Positions 1-9,854 are shown, numbered from the stretch's first letter. The stretch: 64,000 nt of DNA from Gemmatimonadales bacterium (GCA_037189525.1 JBBCJC010000005.1:88412-152411); one strand, 5' to 3'. A program made the numbers and translations. Notes: generated by a model not told the origin, from the letters alone.

Positions 1-707
1 CCGGTTACTTCGATGACGACCTGCCCCGCCTGGTCCTGCCCGCCGAGCGACGCGGGCGGCCCGAATGCCAGCAGGCGCCGCTGCAGGATACCCACGACAT
101 CCGCCAGCTCCGCAGCTTCGGCCAGGTTGTGGGTACAGACGAGGATGGTCCGTCCCGCCTGCTTGAGCGACCGGATCAGGTGCCGCACCTCGCGCGCCGA
201 TTGCGGATCGAGCCCCGAAGTCGGCTCGTCGAAGAAGATGACCGATGGGTCGTGAAAGATCGCGCGGACGATCGCGAGCCGCTGCTTCATGCCTTTGCTG
301 TAGGTCGCCACCAGGTCGTCGCGCCGATCCCAGAGCTGCATGGCCGTGAGGTGGCGTTCGATGGTGCTCGCGAGGCGCTGGCCCTCGAGCCCGTAGAGCC
401 GGCCGAAGAGCGCCAGATTCTCGTACGCCGAGAGCCGGTCGTAGAGCCCGGGTGTCTCGGTGAGCAGGCCGGTGGCGGCGCGGAGTCTGGCCATCTCATC
501 CCGGGCGCCGGGAATACCCACCCCTGCCACCCGCGCCGACCCCGCCGTGACCCCGATCAGGCCCAGCAGCATCCGCACGGTCGTGGTCTTGCCCGCTCCG
601 TTCGGACCGAGCAGAGCGCAGAGCTCGCCCTCCCGGAGCGCAAAGCTCACCTGGTCGACCACCACCCGGTCGCCGAAGGTGCGCGTCAGGCCATTGAGTT
701 CAACCAT
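1..707 (-). CDS. ABC transporter ATP-binding protein (3' end runs off window start)
   Basis: Absent from the ORF track because there is no stop in the window. Reverse translation from ATG 707-705 reads MVELNGLTRTFGDRVVVDQVSFALREGELCALLGPNGAGKTTT (Walker A), then YSKGMKQRLAIVRA, then VIFFDEPTSGLDP (Walker B). The frame stays open to nt 1. Confidence 0.85.
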   Translation of the reverse strand, partial: MVELNGLTRTFGDRVVVDQVSFALREGELCALLGPNGAGKTTTVRMLLGLIGVTAGSARVAGVGIPGARDEMARLRAATGLLTETPGLYDRLSAYENLALFGRLYGLEGQRLASTIERHLTAMQLWDRRDDLVATYSKGMKQRLAIVRAIFHDPSVIFFDEPTSGLDPQSAREVRHLIRSLKQAGRTILVCTHNLAEAAELADVVGILQRRLLAFGPPASLGGQDQAGQVVIEVT

Positions 708-828
708 GCATCGGGGTCACCTTCCGCGAGAATGCCGGGCCCTTGCCCTAGCTAGCTCGACCCGGCTAGCTTAAAAGGCTATTGCCCGACTGTCGTCGGG
801 GCCGAATTGCCGAATCGTCGAGGAAACG

Positions 829-1095
829 ATGCCGAGGATCAAGTCCGCCAAGAAGCGGTTGCGTCAGACCAAGACCCGTACCGCCGCGAATCGTCAGAAG
901 CGGAGCCAGCTCCGGACCGCCGTGAAGAATGCGCGGAAGGCCACCGACGCCGCTACCCGGGCGACCACGTTCGCCACGGCCGAGAAGCTCCTCGACCGCG
1001 CCGGCCAGAAGCGCCTGATCCATCCGAACGCGGCCGCTCGCCACAAGAGCCGGCTGGCCAAGGCCAAGAACGCCGCGGCTGCCGCGAGCGCCTGA
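829..1095 (+). CDS. rpsT: 30S ribosomal protein S20
   Basis: 88 aa. MPRIKSAKKRLRQTKTRTAANRQKRSQLRTAVK is the canonical S20 N-terminus; the protein is basic and Ala-rich throughout. Confidence 0.97.
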   Translation: MPRIKSAKKRLRQTKTRTAANRQKRSQLRTAVKNARKATDAATRATTFATAEKLLDRAGQKRLIHPNAAARHKSRLAKAKNAAAAASA

Positions 1096-1124
1096 TCGAT
1101 CGGACGGACGACGCACAAGACAAA

Positions 1125-1150
1125 GGGGCCGGCATTCGCCGGCCCCTTTT
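1125..1150. terminator. Rho-independent terminator shared by convergent rpsT and the 1171-2106 gene
   Basis: Perfect 9-bp GC stem ggggccggc (1125-1133) / gccggcccc (1138-1146) with loop attc, followed by tttt on the plus strand. An A-run (caaa) precedes it, giving a T-run on the minus strand. Confidence 0.7.
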
Positions 1151-1170
1151 CTCATTCCCGCCCGCCCGGC

Positions 1171-2106
1171 TCAGACCGCCGCGAGTTCGGCGCCGCAGCG
1201 CTCACAGTACCACTCGGTCGGCCGGTTGAGCGAGCCGCACTCACCGCACTTGAGCGTCTTGGCCGACGTCGGGGCCGGCCGTTCGGGGCCGCGGACTTCC
1301 GGGACGGTCGTGGTCGCCTGCCCGGCCGCGTTACGCGGATCGAGCGTCATCGACTTGAGGAAGGTCAGCTCATCCACCGACGAGGCCGGCGGAGGCGCCA
1401 GGGGCTCCTTGGAGGCGGCGGGAGCCGGGAACGGAATCGACCGGGCCGGGCCGGACTCGCGCGGCTTGAGGCCGCCACGAGGCACGAACCGCGGAGCCTC
1501 GGGGAGTTCGATCGGCGCCGGCGCCGCGGTGGCCGAAGGCGGCGTCGGGGCCGCCGGCTCCTCCTCCAGGCTCAGCACCACGGGCGCTTCGAGTTCCGGC
1601 TCCGGCACCGGTTCGGGCTCGGGCGCAAAGGCCACCGGCTCGATCACGGGCTCCGGTTCCGGCGCCGGCGGCGGCGCGATCTGACTCAGCACTTCCTCGA
1701 GCCGGCCCGTCTCCCCCGCCAACCGGTTCAGCTCTTCGTTGAGCCCGGCAATCTTGCCCCCGCAGTCATCGGCGACCCGCTGCCACTCGGCCTCGCTGTA
1801 CTCGCCCACGGAATGCCGCAACTCGGCTTCGGCGAGGGTCTCCTCTTCCTCACTCCGGAAGGCCTGGTACTCCCGGGTCTGGCTCCGGAGTCCTTCCAGG
1901 GTGCTGCTGATGACATCGGAGTGACCGCGGAGGCTTTCCACGACCTGCGCCAGACGGGCCTCGTAGTCCGTCCGGACCCGCTGCCGTACCGTCGGGGGAG
2001 TCTTGCTTCCTGCGGCGTCGATCTTCTCGAGCCAGCCCGTCAGCTGCTGCCGCGACGCGAGGAGGGACTCGACCTCGCTCAAGTCCTGCCGCTCAAAATC
2101 AGTCAT
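1171..2106 (-). CDS. Hypothetical protein: N-terminal coiled coil, Pro/Glu-rich linker, C-terminal zinc ribbon
   Basis: 311 aa with an ATG start. The N-terminal 140 aa are heptad-like and charged. The middle is PEPEPV-type low complexity. The C-terminus is KCGECGSLNRPTEWYCERCGAEL (CxxC-x11-CxxC). Confidence 0.7.
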   Translation of the reverse strand: MTDFERQDLSEVESLLASRQQLTGWLEKIDAAGSKTPPTVRQRVRTDYEARLAQVVESLRGHSDVISSTLEGLRSQTREYQAFRSEEEETLAEAELRHSVGEYSEAEWQRVADDCGGKIAGLNEELNRLAGETGRLEEVLSQIAPPPAPEPEPVIEPVAFAPEPEPVPEPELEAPVVLSLEEEPAAPTPPSATAAPAPIELPEAPRFVPRGGLKPRESGPARSIPFPAPAASKEPLAPPPASSVDELTFLKSMTLDPRNAAGQATTTVPEVRGPERPAPTSAKTLKCGECGSLNRPTEWYCERCGAELAAV

Positions 2107-2188
2107 CCTGAGTGTCTCCCAACGTATCCCCGGTTCCCCAAGCCTGTGACGGTCGGATCAAGTCCCGTCAGGGCAACGTCTTACGAGA

Positions 2189-3490
2189 TCAGGTCGCAGC
2201 AGCCGTCCCGTCCCGATCAAAGACGATCCGGCCCCCCACCACCGTTACCTCGGCCTGCCCCGTGAACGTCTCACCAAGATAGGGGCTGTTGGTGCTCTTG
2301 GAGTGCAAATCCTCTGCCCGAACGATCCACTGGCGGCCCGGGTCGAAGACGACCACGTCGGCGGGGGCTCCGATCGCCAGAGTCCCCCCAGGTAACTTGA
2401 AGACCCGGGCCGGAACCGTGCTCATCCGCGCCACCAGGTCGGGCAGGCTCAGGAGCCCCGGGCTCACCAGCTCGCGGAGCCCGACCGCCAGGGCGGTTTC
2501 GAGGCCGACGATCCCGTTCGGCGCCTGGTCGAACTCGCGTTGCTTGGCATCATAGTGGTGGGGCGCGTGGTCGGTCGCAATGCAGTCGATGGTGCCGTCC
2601 CGAAGCGCCTCCCGAATGGCTTCGACATCGGGATCTTCCCGGAGCGGCGGATTCATCTTGGCGTTGGTGTTGTACGCCTCGCAACAGCGGTGGGTCAGGC
2701 TGAAATGATGCGGGGTCGCCTCGGCCGTCACGTTGAGGCCCTTTTCCTTGGCGCGCCGGATCAGTTCGACCGAACCGCGGGTCGACATGTGGCAGAGGTG
2801 GACGTGCCCACCCGTCAGCTCCGCAAGGATGATGTCCCGCGCCACCATGATCTCTTCGGCCGCCGAGGGGATCCCTTTGAGGCCGAGCCGGGTGGCCACT
2901 TCGCCCTCGTGCATGGCGCCACCCTGCGCCAGGGTGTGGTCTTCGCAGTGGTCGGCGACGGGGATTCCGAAGACCTTGGCATACTCGAGCGCCGTGCGCA
3001 TCAACTGGCTCGACACCACCGGCTTGCCGTCGTCGCTCACCGCCACCGCGCCGGCCCCGATCATCTCACCGAACTCGGCCAGCTGCTGGCCGTTCTGGCC
3101 CAGGGAGACACAGCCGATCGGATAGACGCGCGCCTTGCCGGCCCGGAGCGCCTGCCGCACCACGAACCCGACCGCCGCCTGGTTGTCGATGACCGGATCG
3201 GTGTTGGGCATGGCACAGACACCGGTAAAGCCGCCCGCCACCGCCGACGTGGTCCCGGTGGCAATCGTCTCCATGTGCTCCTGCCCCGGCTCGCGCAGGT
3301 GCACGTGCACGTCGATGAATCCGGGCGCCACCACTTTGCCCGTCGCATCGATCCGCGGGGTGCCTTCCTCGGCGACGATGTTACGGCCCACCGCTTCGAT
3401 CCGGCCATCCTGGATGTAGACATCGGCCACGCCATCGGTGCCGCGGGAGGGATCGATCACGCGCCCCCCGGCAATCAAAAGAGCATTCAT
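2189..3490 (-). CDS. pyrC: Dihydroorotase
   Basis: 433 aa. Contains [14 protein letters not shown] (metal-binding HxH) and a later ATDHAPH motif. ATGA overlap with pyrB. Confidence 0.95.
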   Translation of the reverse strand: MNALLIAGGRVIDPSRGTDGVADVYIQDGRIEAVGRNIVAEEGTPRIDATGKVVAPGFIDVHVHLREPGQEHMETIATGTTSAVAGGFTGVCAMPNTDPVIDNQAAVGFVVRQALRAGKARVYPIGCVSLGQNGQQLAEFGEMIGAGAVAVSDDGKPVVSSQLMRTALEYAKVFGIPVADHCEDHTLAQGGAMHEGEVATRLGLKGIPSAAEEIMVARDIILAELTGGHVHLCHMSTRGSVELIRRAKEKGLNVTAEATPHHFSLTHRCCEAYNTNAKMNPPLREDPDVEAIREALRDGTIDCIATDHAPHHYDAKQREFDQAPNGIVGLETALAVGLRELVSPGLLSLPDLVARMSTVPARVFKLPGGTLAIGAPADVVVFDPGRQWIVRAEDLHSKSTNSPYLGETFTGQAEVTVVGGRIVFDRDGTAAAT

Positions 3491-4443
3491 CGGTCGTCTG
3501 CTGCCTGACTCCGCCAGTCGGGCGACCCGCCGGCGAGGAGATAGAGCACGGCCATTCGCACGGCCACGCCGTTGGTCACCTGGGGAAGAATTACACTATG
3601 CGGGCCGTCGGCCACGTCGCTGTCGATTTCGACGCCGCGGTTCATCGGGCCCGGATGCATGATGATGAGATCCTTGGGCGCCCGCTCCAACCGCTCGGTG
3701 GTCACGCCGAAGATCCGGTTGTACTCACGAAGGGACGGCACGAAGCCCCCTTCCATCCGTTCGAGCTGGAGCCGGAGCACGTTCAACGCATCGGCCCAGC
3801 CGATGGCCTCCTCGATGTGGTGCATCACGGTGACACCGAGCGACTCGAGCCCCTTGGGCAAGAGCGTGGGCGGCCCGCACACCGCCACCTGCGCACCGAG
3901 CTTGGTCAAGCCCCAGATGTTGCTGCGGGCGACCCGGCTGTGCAGCACATCGCCGCAGATGGCGACCTTGAGCCCGTCGATCCGGCCGAACGTGTCACGC
4001 AAGGTGAGCAGATCGAGCAGCGCCTGAGTGGGATGCTCGTGCTTGCCGTCGCCGGCGTTGATGACGTTGGACCTGATCCGTTCACCCAGGAACCGCGCGG
4101 CGCCGCTCGAGGGGTGACGGATCACCACCATGTCGATCCGCATCGCTTCGAGATTACGGGCGGTATCGACCAGAGTCTCGCCCTTGGAGACCGAACTCGC
4201 CTGGGTCGCCACGTTGACCGTGTCGGCCGAGAGCCGCTTTTCGGCAAACTCGAAGGAGATTCGGGTTCGGGTCGAGGCTTCGAAGAAGAGATTGACGATG
4301 GTCTTGCCGCGGAGTGCCGGAACCTTCTTGATCGACCGTTCGCTCACCTCTTTGAACGGCTCGGCCGTGTCCAGGATCGCCACGATCTGTTCGGCCGAAA
4401 GGTGCTCGAGCCCGACCAGGTCCTTGCCCAGAGCGCCGCTCAT
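3487..4443 (-). CDS. pyrB: Aspartate carbamoyltransferase catalytic subunit
   Basis: 318 aa. Contains [13 protein letters not shown] (STRTR carbamoyl-phosphate site), HPTQALLD and HPGPMNRG motifs. ATGA overlaps on both sides. Confidence 0.95.
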   Translation of the reverse strand: MSGALGKDLVGLEHLSAEQIVAILDTAEPFKEVSERSIKKVPALRGKTIVNLFFEASTRTRISFEFAEKRLSADTVNVATQASSVSKGETLVDTARNLEAMRIDMVVIRHPSSGAARFLGERIRSNVINAGDGKHEHPTQALLDLLTLRDTFGRIDGLKVAICGDVLHSRVARSNIWGLTKLGAQVAVCGPPTLLPKGLESLGVTVMHHIEEAIGWADALNVLRLQLERMEGGFVPSLREYNRIFGVTTERLERAPKDLIIMHPGPMNRGVEIDSDVADGPHSVILPQVTNGVAVRMAVLYLLAGGSPDWRSQAADDR

Positions 4444-4979
4444 CGGGCCCGGACCAGCAGGACGGCATCTTCGCCGTCGTGTTCCGCGACCTGGACGTCG
4501 ACCCGATCGCCCGGCACGGTGCCGATGGTCAGGCCCACGATGTCAGCCTGGATCGGCAGTTCCCGACCACCGCGATCGACCAGGACACAGAGCAGGATCC
4601 GCTTGGGCCGTCCGAAATCGGCCAGCTCGTCGAGGGCGGCGCGAATGGTCCGTCCGGTATAGAGCACGTCGTCGACGATCACCACCGTGTGCCCGTCGAT
4701 TTCCCGGGGCAGGCTGGTTTCCCCGACCAGGGGTCGAGGACCGATCGACTGCAGATCGTCGCGGTAGAGGGTGATATCGAGTTTGCCCTGGGGAATCGGA
4801 TGCCCTTCGTTCCGCTCGAGCAAAACGGCGAGACGTTGAGCCAGCTCAACGCCCCGCCGCTGAATTCCCACGAGAATGACCCCTTCGACTCCCTGGCACC
4901 GCTCGACGATTTCACTCGCCATGCGGGACAGTGCGCGACTCATCGCGCGAGCATCGAGAACCCGGCTGGTGGATGTCAT
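4440..4979 (-). CDS. pyrR: Bifunctional pyrimidine operon regulator / uracil phosphoribosyltransferase PyrR
   Basis: 179 aa. Contains [19 protein letters not shown] (PRPP-binding loop) and the PyrR-type N-terminus [13 protein letters not shown]. First gene of pyrR-pyrB-pyrC. Confidence 0.93.
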   Translation of the reverse strand: MTSTSRVLDARAMSRALSRMASEIVERCQGVEGVILVGIQRRGVELAQRLAVLLERNEGHPIPQGKLDITLYRDDLQSIGPRPLVGETSLPREIDGHTVVIVDDVLYTGRTIRAALDELADFGRPKRILLCVLVDRGGRELPIQADIVGLTIGTVPGDRVDVQVAEHDGEDAVLLVRAR

Positions 4980-4993
4980 GCCGGGAGCCCAAG

Positions 4994-6301
4994 CTAGTTA
5001 GCGATCATGAGGTCCGCAACCTTGGCGCGCCGGGTGAAAATCTCGGACTGCCCCACTCTCGGCAGCGACATCACCGACTTGGGGTCGTCCATGTTGGGAC
5101 GGGCCGCTTCATCGGCCCGGTACACCTCGGTGGCCTTCTGGCTCCAGGCGACCTGCAGAGTGTCCCGGAGCACCGCAAAGACCGGGTAGGTCGCGGCCCC
5201 GCCCTGGCTCAGCTGAATTTCGGGCCCGAAACTGCCACCCGGCGCGGCCGTTCGGAGCAGAATCCGGGGCGACTGACTCAACCCGTCGTCCCAGCCGACC
5301 ACCGTGCCGAAGTCGCCGACCGCCAGCTGCACATGGGCCGGCGCTGCCTTTTCCCCGACCGCGATGGGCGTGGCCTCGAAGGTTTTTCCGGCATCGGCCG
5401 ACCGGGCATAGTAGACCCCTGCCTCACCCGGCTTCCCGGTCCACCAGGCAATGTGCACCACGCCCGCCTGATCGATCTCGAGCGACGGGCCCGCGTGCGG
5501 GCACCCGCCGAAGACCCAGCCGTCCTCGCGGGGTCGCACCGGCTCGTTCCAGGTGGCGCCACCATCGGGCGACCGCATCACCACGACATCCCGGACTTCG
5601 CCCTCGAAGATCCGGCGCCAGGCCACATAGAGGCTGCCATCCGGACCAAGCGCCAGGCCCGTCCGGCAACAGGGACACGCGGCGGCGCTGTCGATGGCCC
5701 GCGCCGCATCCCAGGTCCGGCCACCATCCTTCGACTGCCGGAGCCAGACCATCGAGCGGCCATGATGGGAACTGAGCCACGCCGCATGCACCGCCCCACC
5801 CGGACCGCCCAGCACGGCGTGGAAATTATGCGAGCCGAACCGTTCGCCCTCGTTGACGCTGACCGGCTCGCGCCAGCTGCGGCCGCCGTCGTCGGACCGG
5901 ATCAGCCGCAGGGCGCTCCTCGGAAAGCGAGAGCCGGGGACTTCCTTCCCGACGGTGTACATCACGTAGATCGCCCCGTCGGACGACTCCGCAAGCTGCG
6001 GAGGCGCCTCCCCGTGCGGGTTGATCCCGCCCAGGGAGTCGCGCACGACGACCACCGGATCGCCCGTAGTGGCCCCGTCACGGGTGACCTCGACGAACAG
6101 CGCCTCGCGGCCGCTCACGGAATCGACCGCGACCCACGAGAGCATCCGGTCGCCGCTCGAGGTCACCAGCATCATCGGCGTGGCCCCCGTTGCGGTTGCC
6201 GCCGACGCCAGCTCGATCGGCGTCATCGGAACTTCGCCAGGTCCGCATCCCGCGGCTGCCGCCAGGGCCAAGGCCCCGATCACCCGTTTCCATTGCATCA
6301 T
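4994..6301 (-). CDS. BNR/Asp-box repeat beta-propeller lipoprotein (sialidase-fold-like, function unknown)
   Basis: ORF 4994..6679 trimmed to ATGATG at 6301-6296, giving MMQWKRVIGALALAAAAGC (signal peptide plus lipobox). Four Asp-boxes: SDDGGRSW, SKDGGRTW, SPDGGATW, SADAGKTF. The start overlaps the upstream receptor stop by 1 nt (TGATG). Confidence 0.8.
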   Translation of the reverse strand: MMQWKRVIGALALAAAAGCGPGEVPMTPIELASAATATGATPMMLVTSSGDRMLSWVAVDSVSGREALFVEVTRDGATTGDPVVVVRDSLGGINPHGEAPPQLAESSDGAIYVMYTVGKEVPGSRFPRSALRLIRSDDGGRSWREPVSVNEGERFGSHNFHAVLGGPGGAVHAAWLSSHHGRSMVWLRQSKDGGRTWDAARAIDSAAACPCCRTGLALGPDGSLYVAWRRIFEGEVRDVVVMRSPDGGATWNEPVRPREDGWVFGGCPHAGPSLEIDQAGVVHIAWWTGKPGEAGVYYARSADAGKTFEATPIAVGEKAAPAHVQLAVGDFGTVVGWDDGLSQSPRILLRTAAPGGSFGPEIQLSQGGAATYPVFAVLRDTLQVAWSQKATEVYRADEAARPNMDDPKSVMSLPRVGQSEIFTRRAKVADLMIAN

Positions 6302-8652
6302 CAGCCTCCCTGTCCGCCGAACCGGTACTGCAATCCGAGGTAGAACGTGCGCGGCGGGCCGGGCCGATAGCGACGACCCTGCAACGCCGTGTACGACGAC
6401 GTCTCGGCAAAGCGGGTATCTCCGATGTTGTGAACCCGGCCGACCACGTCGAACTGCGCCGTCACCGGCAGCGAGCCGGAGACGGAAAAGACGTCGTGTC
6501 CCGCATACTTCTCGGTGTTCTGCGGATCCATCCAGTAGGAGCCCATGTGGAGCCACTCCGCCGCGAGATGACCGCGCCTGAAGGCCCGCGGGGTCAGTGT
6601 CGCGCCGACCCGTCCCATGTCGCGGGGCGCAACCTCGATCTCGTTGCCGCTGTAGTCGAGCGTGGCACTCGGCCGCCACTCCAGGTACTCCTGCTTGGTG
6701 AGCGTCCAGCTGCCATCGATCCTGAGCCCGCGCACCGGCTCGACCGCCGCGCCGAGTTCAATACCGCGGTGCCGAGTGGCGCCGGCATTGCTGGCGCTGC
6801 GCAGGCCGGTGACCGGATCGGTCAGCGTCAGGATGTCGTCTTCGACATCGAGCTGATACGCCGTTGCCTCGAAGCTGACCCGACTCCCCACGGCAATCCG
6901 GGTACCCACCTCGTAGTTGTCCGCTTTGACCGGCGCCAGATCGACGGTGTTGAGCGCCGAGCCCTGCCGGAAGAGCTGACTCTCCGACGGCGCCCTGAAA
7001 GCGGCACGATACGATGCAAAGAGGTTCACGCCGCGTGACACCTCCAGCGAGGCCCCGAGCTTGGGACTCAACCGCTGGTAGGACACGCCCGTCGACGCGG
7101 GACGCCGGTGTGATCCGGTGGCCAGCGGGTCGAGCCGGGTGTCGTAGTCGAAGCCGACGTTGTCGAACCGGAGTCCCAGATCGAAGCGCAGGCCGGTCGC
7201 CGGATTGATCTCCGCCTGGAGATACGGCGACGTCTGCCAGAACGTGACATCGTAGTCGTACTGGACCGCGCCGAGATCGTAGTCGGGAAAGAACGCGCCG
7301 TCGCGCACCGGGACCACCTGCTGCTCGAGCCGGCTGCCCGGGCTCAACTCGAGGTCGACCCCCGCGCTCAGGTTGGTGCGCAGCGGCAGAACCGTATACC
7401 GGTACCGGCCCATCACGCCGACCGACTGATTCTTGCTGTCCCAGATCTGCGGATCGAAGCTGAGCTGCCAGGACGGCATCAGTTCGAGCCGGTTGTGTCG
7501 CCCGTAAAGCGTGGCGGTCAAATGCGACAACCCGCTCTGCCGTTCGAACGACGATGACGCCCGCACGGCCAACACTCGCCGGTAGGCAATCGGAGTGTAG
7601 TTCGCCGTCGGGCGAGTATCGAAGTCGGCCTGGGTGACGTCACTGCCGCCGTCCCCGGGCTGATCGATGTGCGAGAACGCCACGACCGTTTTGAGCAGAG
7701 CGCCGTCGTTGAAGCGGCGATCCCAGCGAACGGTTCCGCTCTGCCGGGCGTAGGGCGCCCCATCGCGGTAGCTGTCCGAGCGCGTCACATTCAGGTCGGC
7801 ACGGAGACCGTTGTTGCCCCAGCTGTTGCTGGCCGTGCCGAGCACCCGGGCGTAACCGAAGCGACCGCCCTCGATGAAGACCTCACCGGTGGGGCGATCG
7901 GTCGGTGAGCGCGTATAGGAACTGACCACGCCGCCGATGGCATCGCTGCCATACAAGGCCGAGCCCGGGCCTTTGATGACCTCGACCCGTTCCGCGCCCG
8001 GGAGATTGACCTCGTAGAGCGCATTGTGATTGAAGAAGCCGGTCGACCGAGTCGGCACGCCGTCTTCGAGAAAGGCGTACATCGGCTTGGTCGTGATCGG
8101 CTGACGGATGGCCGTGAAGTGACCCTCGCCGCTCAGATTGGCCACCCACGCTCCCGGCACCCGCGCCACCACCTCAGCCGGATGATGCGGCAGCGCCTGT
8201 TCGAGGACGCTCCGATCGACGACTCCGACGCTGGCCGTCGCCTCGGACCGGGACTGGGCCTCGCGCGAGACACTGACGACTACGTCGGACAGAACAACCG
8301 CATCGTTGTTGAGCACGGCATCGACCACCGCGACAGCGCCGCCCGTTACCGAGACCGGGATCCGAGCCGTCTTCCAACCAATGGCCCGGATCGCGACCGT
8401 GTAGTCGCCCGCGGGAATCCCCTCGATCCGATAGCGACCATCGGATGACGTCTGCACCGACTTACCGCTGCCGATGACCTGCACCAGGGCGGCGACGACC
8501 GGCTCCTTCGCGGCACCGGTCACCCGCCCTTCCACACCTCCTGTTTGCTGCGCATTGGCGGAGCCCATCATGGCCGTTGCCACGATGCCCGCCAGTCCCA
8601 ACGCCCGAAGGATCCGACCGGCTCTCGACCGGTCACTCCCAAATCCCATCAT
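6301..8652 (-). CDS. TonB-dependent receptor with N-terminal carboxypeptidase-regulatory-like domain
   Basis: ORF 6301..8667 begins at GTG; the first ATG is 8652 (MMGFGSDRSRAGRILRALGLAGIVATAMMGSANAQ, a signal peptide). It has a CarboxypepD_reg pattern (GRVTG..., SDGRYRIEGIPAGDYTV), a plug (VEVIKGPGSALYGSDAIGGVV) and a long beta-barrel ending LGLQYRF followed by GGQGG. Confidence 0.9.
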   Translation of the reverse strand: MMGFGSDRSRAGRILRALGLAGIVATAMMGSANAQQTGGVEGRVTGAAKEPVVAALVQVIGSGKSVQTSSDGRYRIEGIPAGDYTVAIRAIGWKTARIPVSVTGGAVAVVDAVLNNDAVVLSDVVVSVSREAQSRSEATASVGVVDRSVLEQALPHHPAEVVARVPGAWVANLSGEGHFTAIRQPITTKPMYAFLEDGVPTRSTGFFNHNALYEVNLPGAERVEVIKGPGSALYGSDAIGGVVSSYTRSPTDRPTGEVFIEGGRFGYARVLGTASNSWGNNGLRADLNVTRSDSYRDGAPYARQSGTVRWDRRFNDGALLKTVVAFSHIDQPGDGGSDVTQADFDTRPTANYTPIAYRRVLAVRASSSFERQSGLSHLTATLYGRHNRLELMPSWQLSFDPQIWDSKNQSVGVMGRYRYTVLPLRTNLSAGVDLELSPGSRLEQQVVPVRDGAFFPDYDLGAVQYDYDVTFWQTSPYLQAEINPATGLRFDLGLRFDNVGFDYDTRLDPLATGSHRRPASTGVSYQRLSPKLGASLEVSRGVNLFASYRAAFRAPSESQLFRQGSALNTVDLAPVKADNYEVGTRIAVGSRVSFEATAYQLDVEDDILTLTDPVTGLRSASNAGATRHRGIELGAAVEPVRGLRIDGSWTLTKQEYLEWRPSATLDYSGNEIEVAPRDMGRVGATLTPRAFRRGHLAAEWLHMGSYWMDPQNTEKYAGHDVFSVSGSLPVTAQFDVVGRVHNIGDTRFAETSSYTALQGRRYRPGPPRTFYLGLQYRFGGQGG

Positions 8653-8758
8653 ATCCCCATGCTCCACTGCGGCCCCGTATCATCGGCGCCAGTGAATAGC
8701 GAACTGCCCACCCGAAACGAGGGGCAGCCAGATCTGTCAGCTGTGGTTTACCTGCGAA

Positions 8759-9172
8759 TCAGGCGACAGGAGGAGCGTGCGACGGGGGGAGGAGAAACCG
8801 GGGACGCGCAATCCGCTCGGGAGCGGCGGCGGCACCGCGGACGGACACGGACGTGGTCGGCGCCTCGGCCAGTACGACGCCAGGCTCCGGCCCGAGACCG
8901 ACCGTTGCGGCACCGGTACAGGCGCCGATGCAGTGACAGTTCGCGTGAGTGCCATGCGAACCATCGGCATCGGACGACGACTCGCTCTGGGACGCATTCG
9001 CATGCTCGGCGTGGCCGCCGTGGTCATGCTGTCCGGATTGTCCTTGGGCGACCAGCCACGGTGTATCGACCGGGCACGGATCGATGAGGGGAATGATGGT
9101 TCCCGCCACCGGTGGTGAAAGCACCACCAGGAGGCTCGCCAACCATCGCCACTGCCGAAGCCGCCCGATCAT
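8759..9172 (-). CDS. Small His/Cys-rich secreted protein (hypothetical, possible metal binding)
   Basis: 137 aa with an ATG start. N-terminal hydrophobic segment RWLASLLVVLSPPVAG, then HDHGGHAEH, GSHGTHANCHCIGAC. Lies 91 nt upstream of, and co-oriented with, the TonB receptor. No family recognised with certainty. Confidence 0.5.
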   Translation of the reverse strand: MIGRLRQWRWLASLLVVLSPPVAGTIIPLIDPCPVDTPWLVAQGQSGQHDHGGHAEHANASQSESSSDADGSHGTHANCHCIGACTGAATVGLGPEPGVVLAEAPTTSVSVRGAAAAPERIARPRFLLPPSHAPPVA

Positions 9173-9224
9173 CCTTTCAAGGTAACAAATGAGCGAGAAG
9201 GGGCCAACTGACCCCGCCCTGACC

Positions 9225-9854
9225 CTACGGTGCGGACGACGGGCGCCGAGGCCGCAAGACCAGCCGGCTGGCCAGCAGAACGGCCAGAATGGTGGCGTAC
9301 ACGAGCGGCTCGCTCACGTCCCGCTTGACCAGCCAGAAGAAGTGGAGCACCGCGAGCGCGGCGGCGAGATAGACGAGCCGGTGGAGCCGCTGCCAGCGCC
9401 GGCCGAGCCGGCGCACCATGGCGTTCGGCGAGGTCACTGCCAGCACGGCCAGGATCAGAAAGGCGAGAAAGCCGACCAGGACCCAGGGATGCTCCACGAT
9501 GTCGGCGCTGATGTCCGCCACCGAAAGGCGATGATCGAAGACGGCGTAGATGGCCAGATGGAGCGTGGCGTAGAAAAAGGCAAAGAGACCGAGCGGGCGG
9601 CGGAGCCGGATCAGCACGGGCTGACCGAGCAGGCGGCGCACGGGTGTCACCGCCAGCGTCACGAGCAGAATGACCAGCGCCGAAAGCCCGGTGGTGTGGG
9701 TCAGCGTCTTGACGGGATCGGCGCCCAGATCCTGCCGGACGAGTCCGTGAATCAGCCAGGCCGCCGGCGCCAGGCAGGCAACCCAGAGCGCCGGTTTGAG
9801 GACCCATCGCACCAGCGCCGGCAGGCTGCCGGCCCTCCGCACGACATCGCTCAA
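9225..9854 (-). CDS. msrQ: Protein-methionine-sulfoxide reductase heme-binding subunit MsrQ
   Basis: C-terminal ~209 aa of ORF 9225..10115. Polytopic membrane protein with conserved His in TM helices ([19 protein letters not shown]), typical of YedZ/MsrQ. Start placed at TTG 9854 overlapping the msrP stop (TTGA); GTG 9842 is equally possible. Confidence 0.85.
   Translation of the reverse strand: MSDVVRRAGSLPALVRWVLKPALWVACLAPAAWLIHGLVRQDLGADPVKTLTHTTGLSALVILLVTLAVTPVRRLLGQPVLIRLRRPLGLFAFFYATLHLAIYAVFDHRLSVADISADIVEHPWVLVGFLAFLILAVLAVTSPNAMVRRLGRRWQRLHRLVYLAAALAVLHFFWLVKRDVSEPLVYATILAVLLASRLVLRPRRPSSAP

Noticed and set aside
4980-4993. PyrR-binding attenuator or anti-terminator leader upstream of pyrR.
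   Set aside because: Only 14 nt separate pyrR from the preceding gene, so there is no room for the Bacillus-type binding loop or terminator.
6302-6679. N-terminal 126-codon extension of the BNR-lipoprotein ORF. Similar 5' extensions occur in ORFs 22288-25830, 35617-36582, 36399-37493, 49944-50660, 37361-38413 and 9225-10115.
   Set aside because: The extensions overlap the 3' end of the upstream gene, are Arg-rich and lack signal peptides. Internal starts give canonical signal peptides or homolog N-termini and coincide with ATGA/TGATG stop-start junctions.
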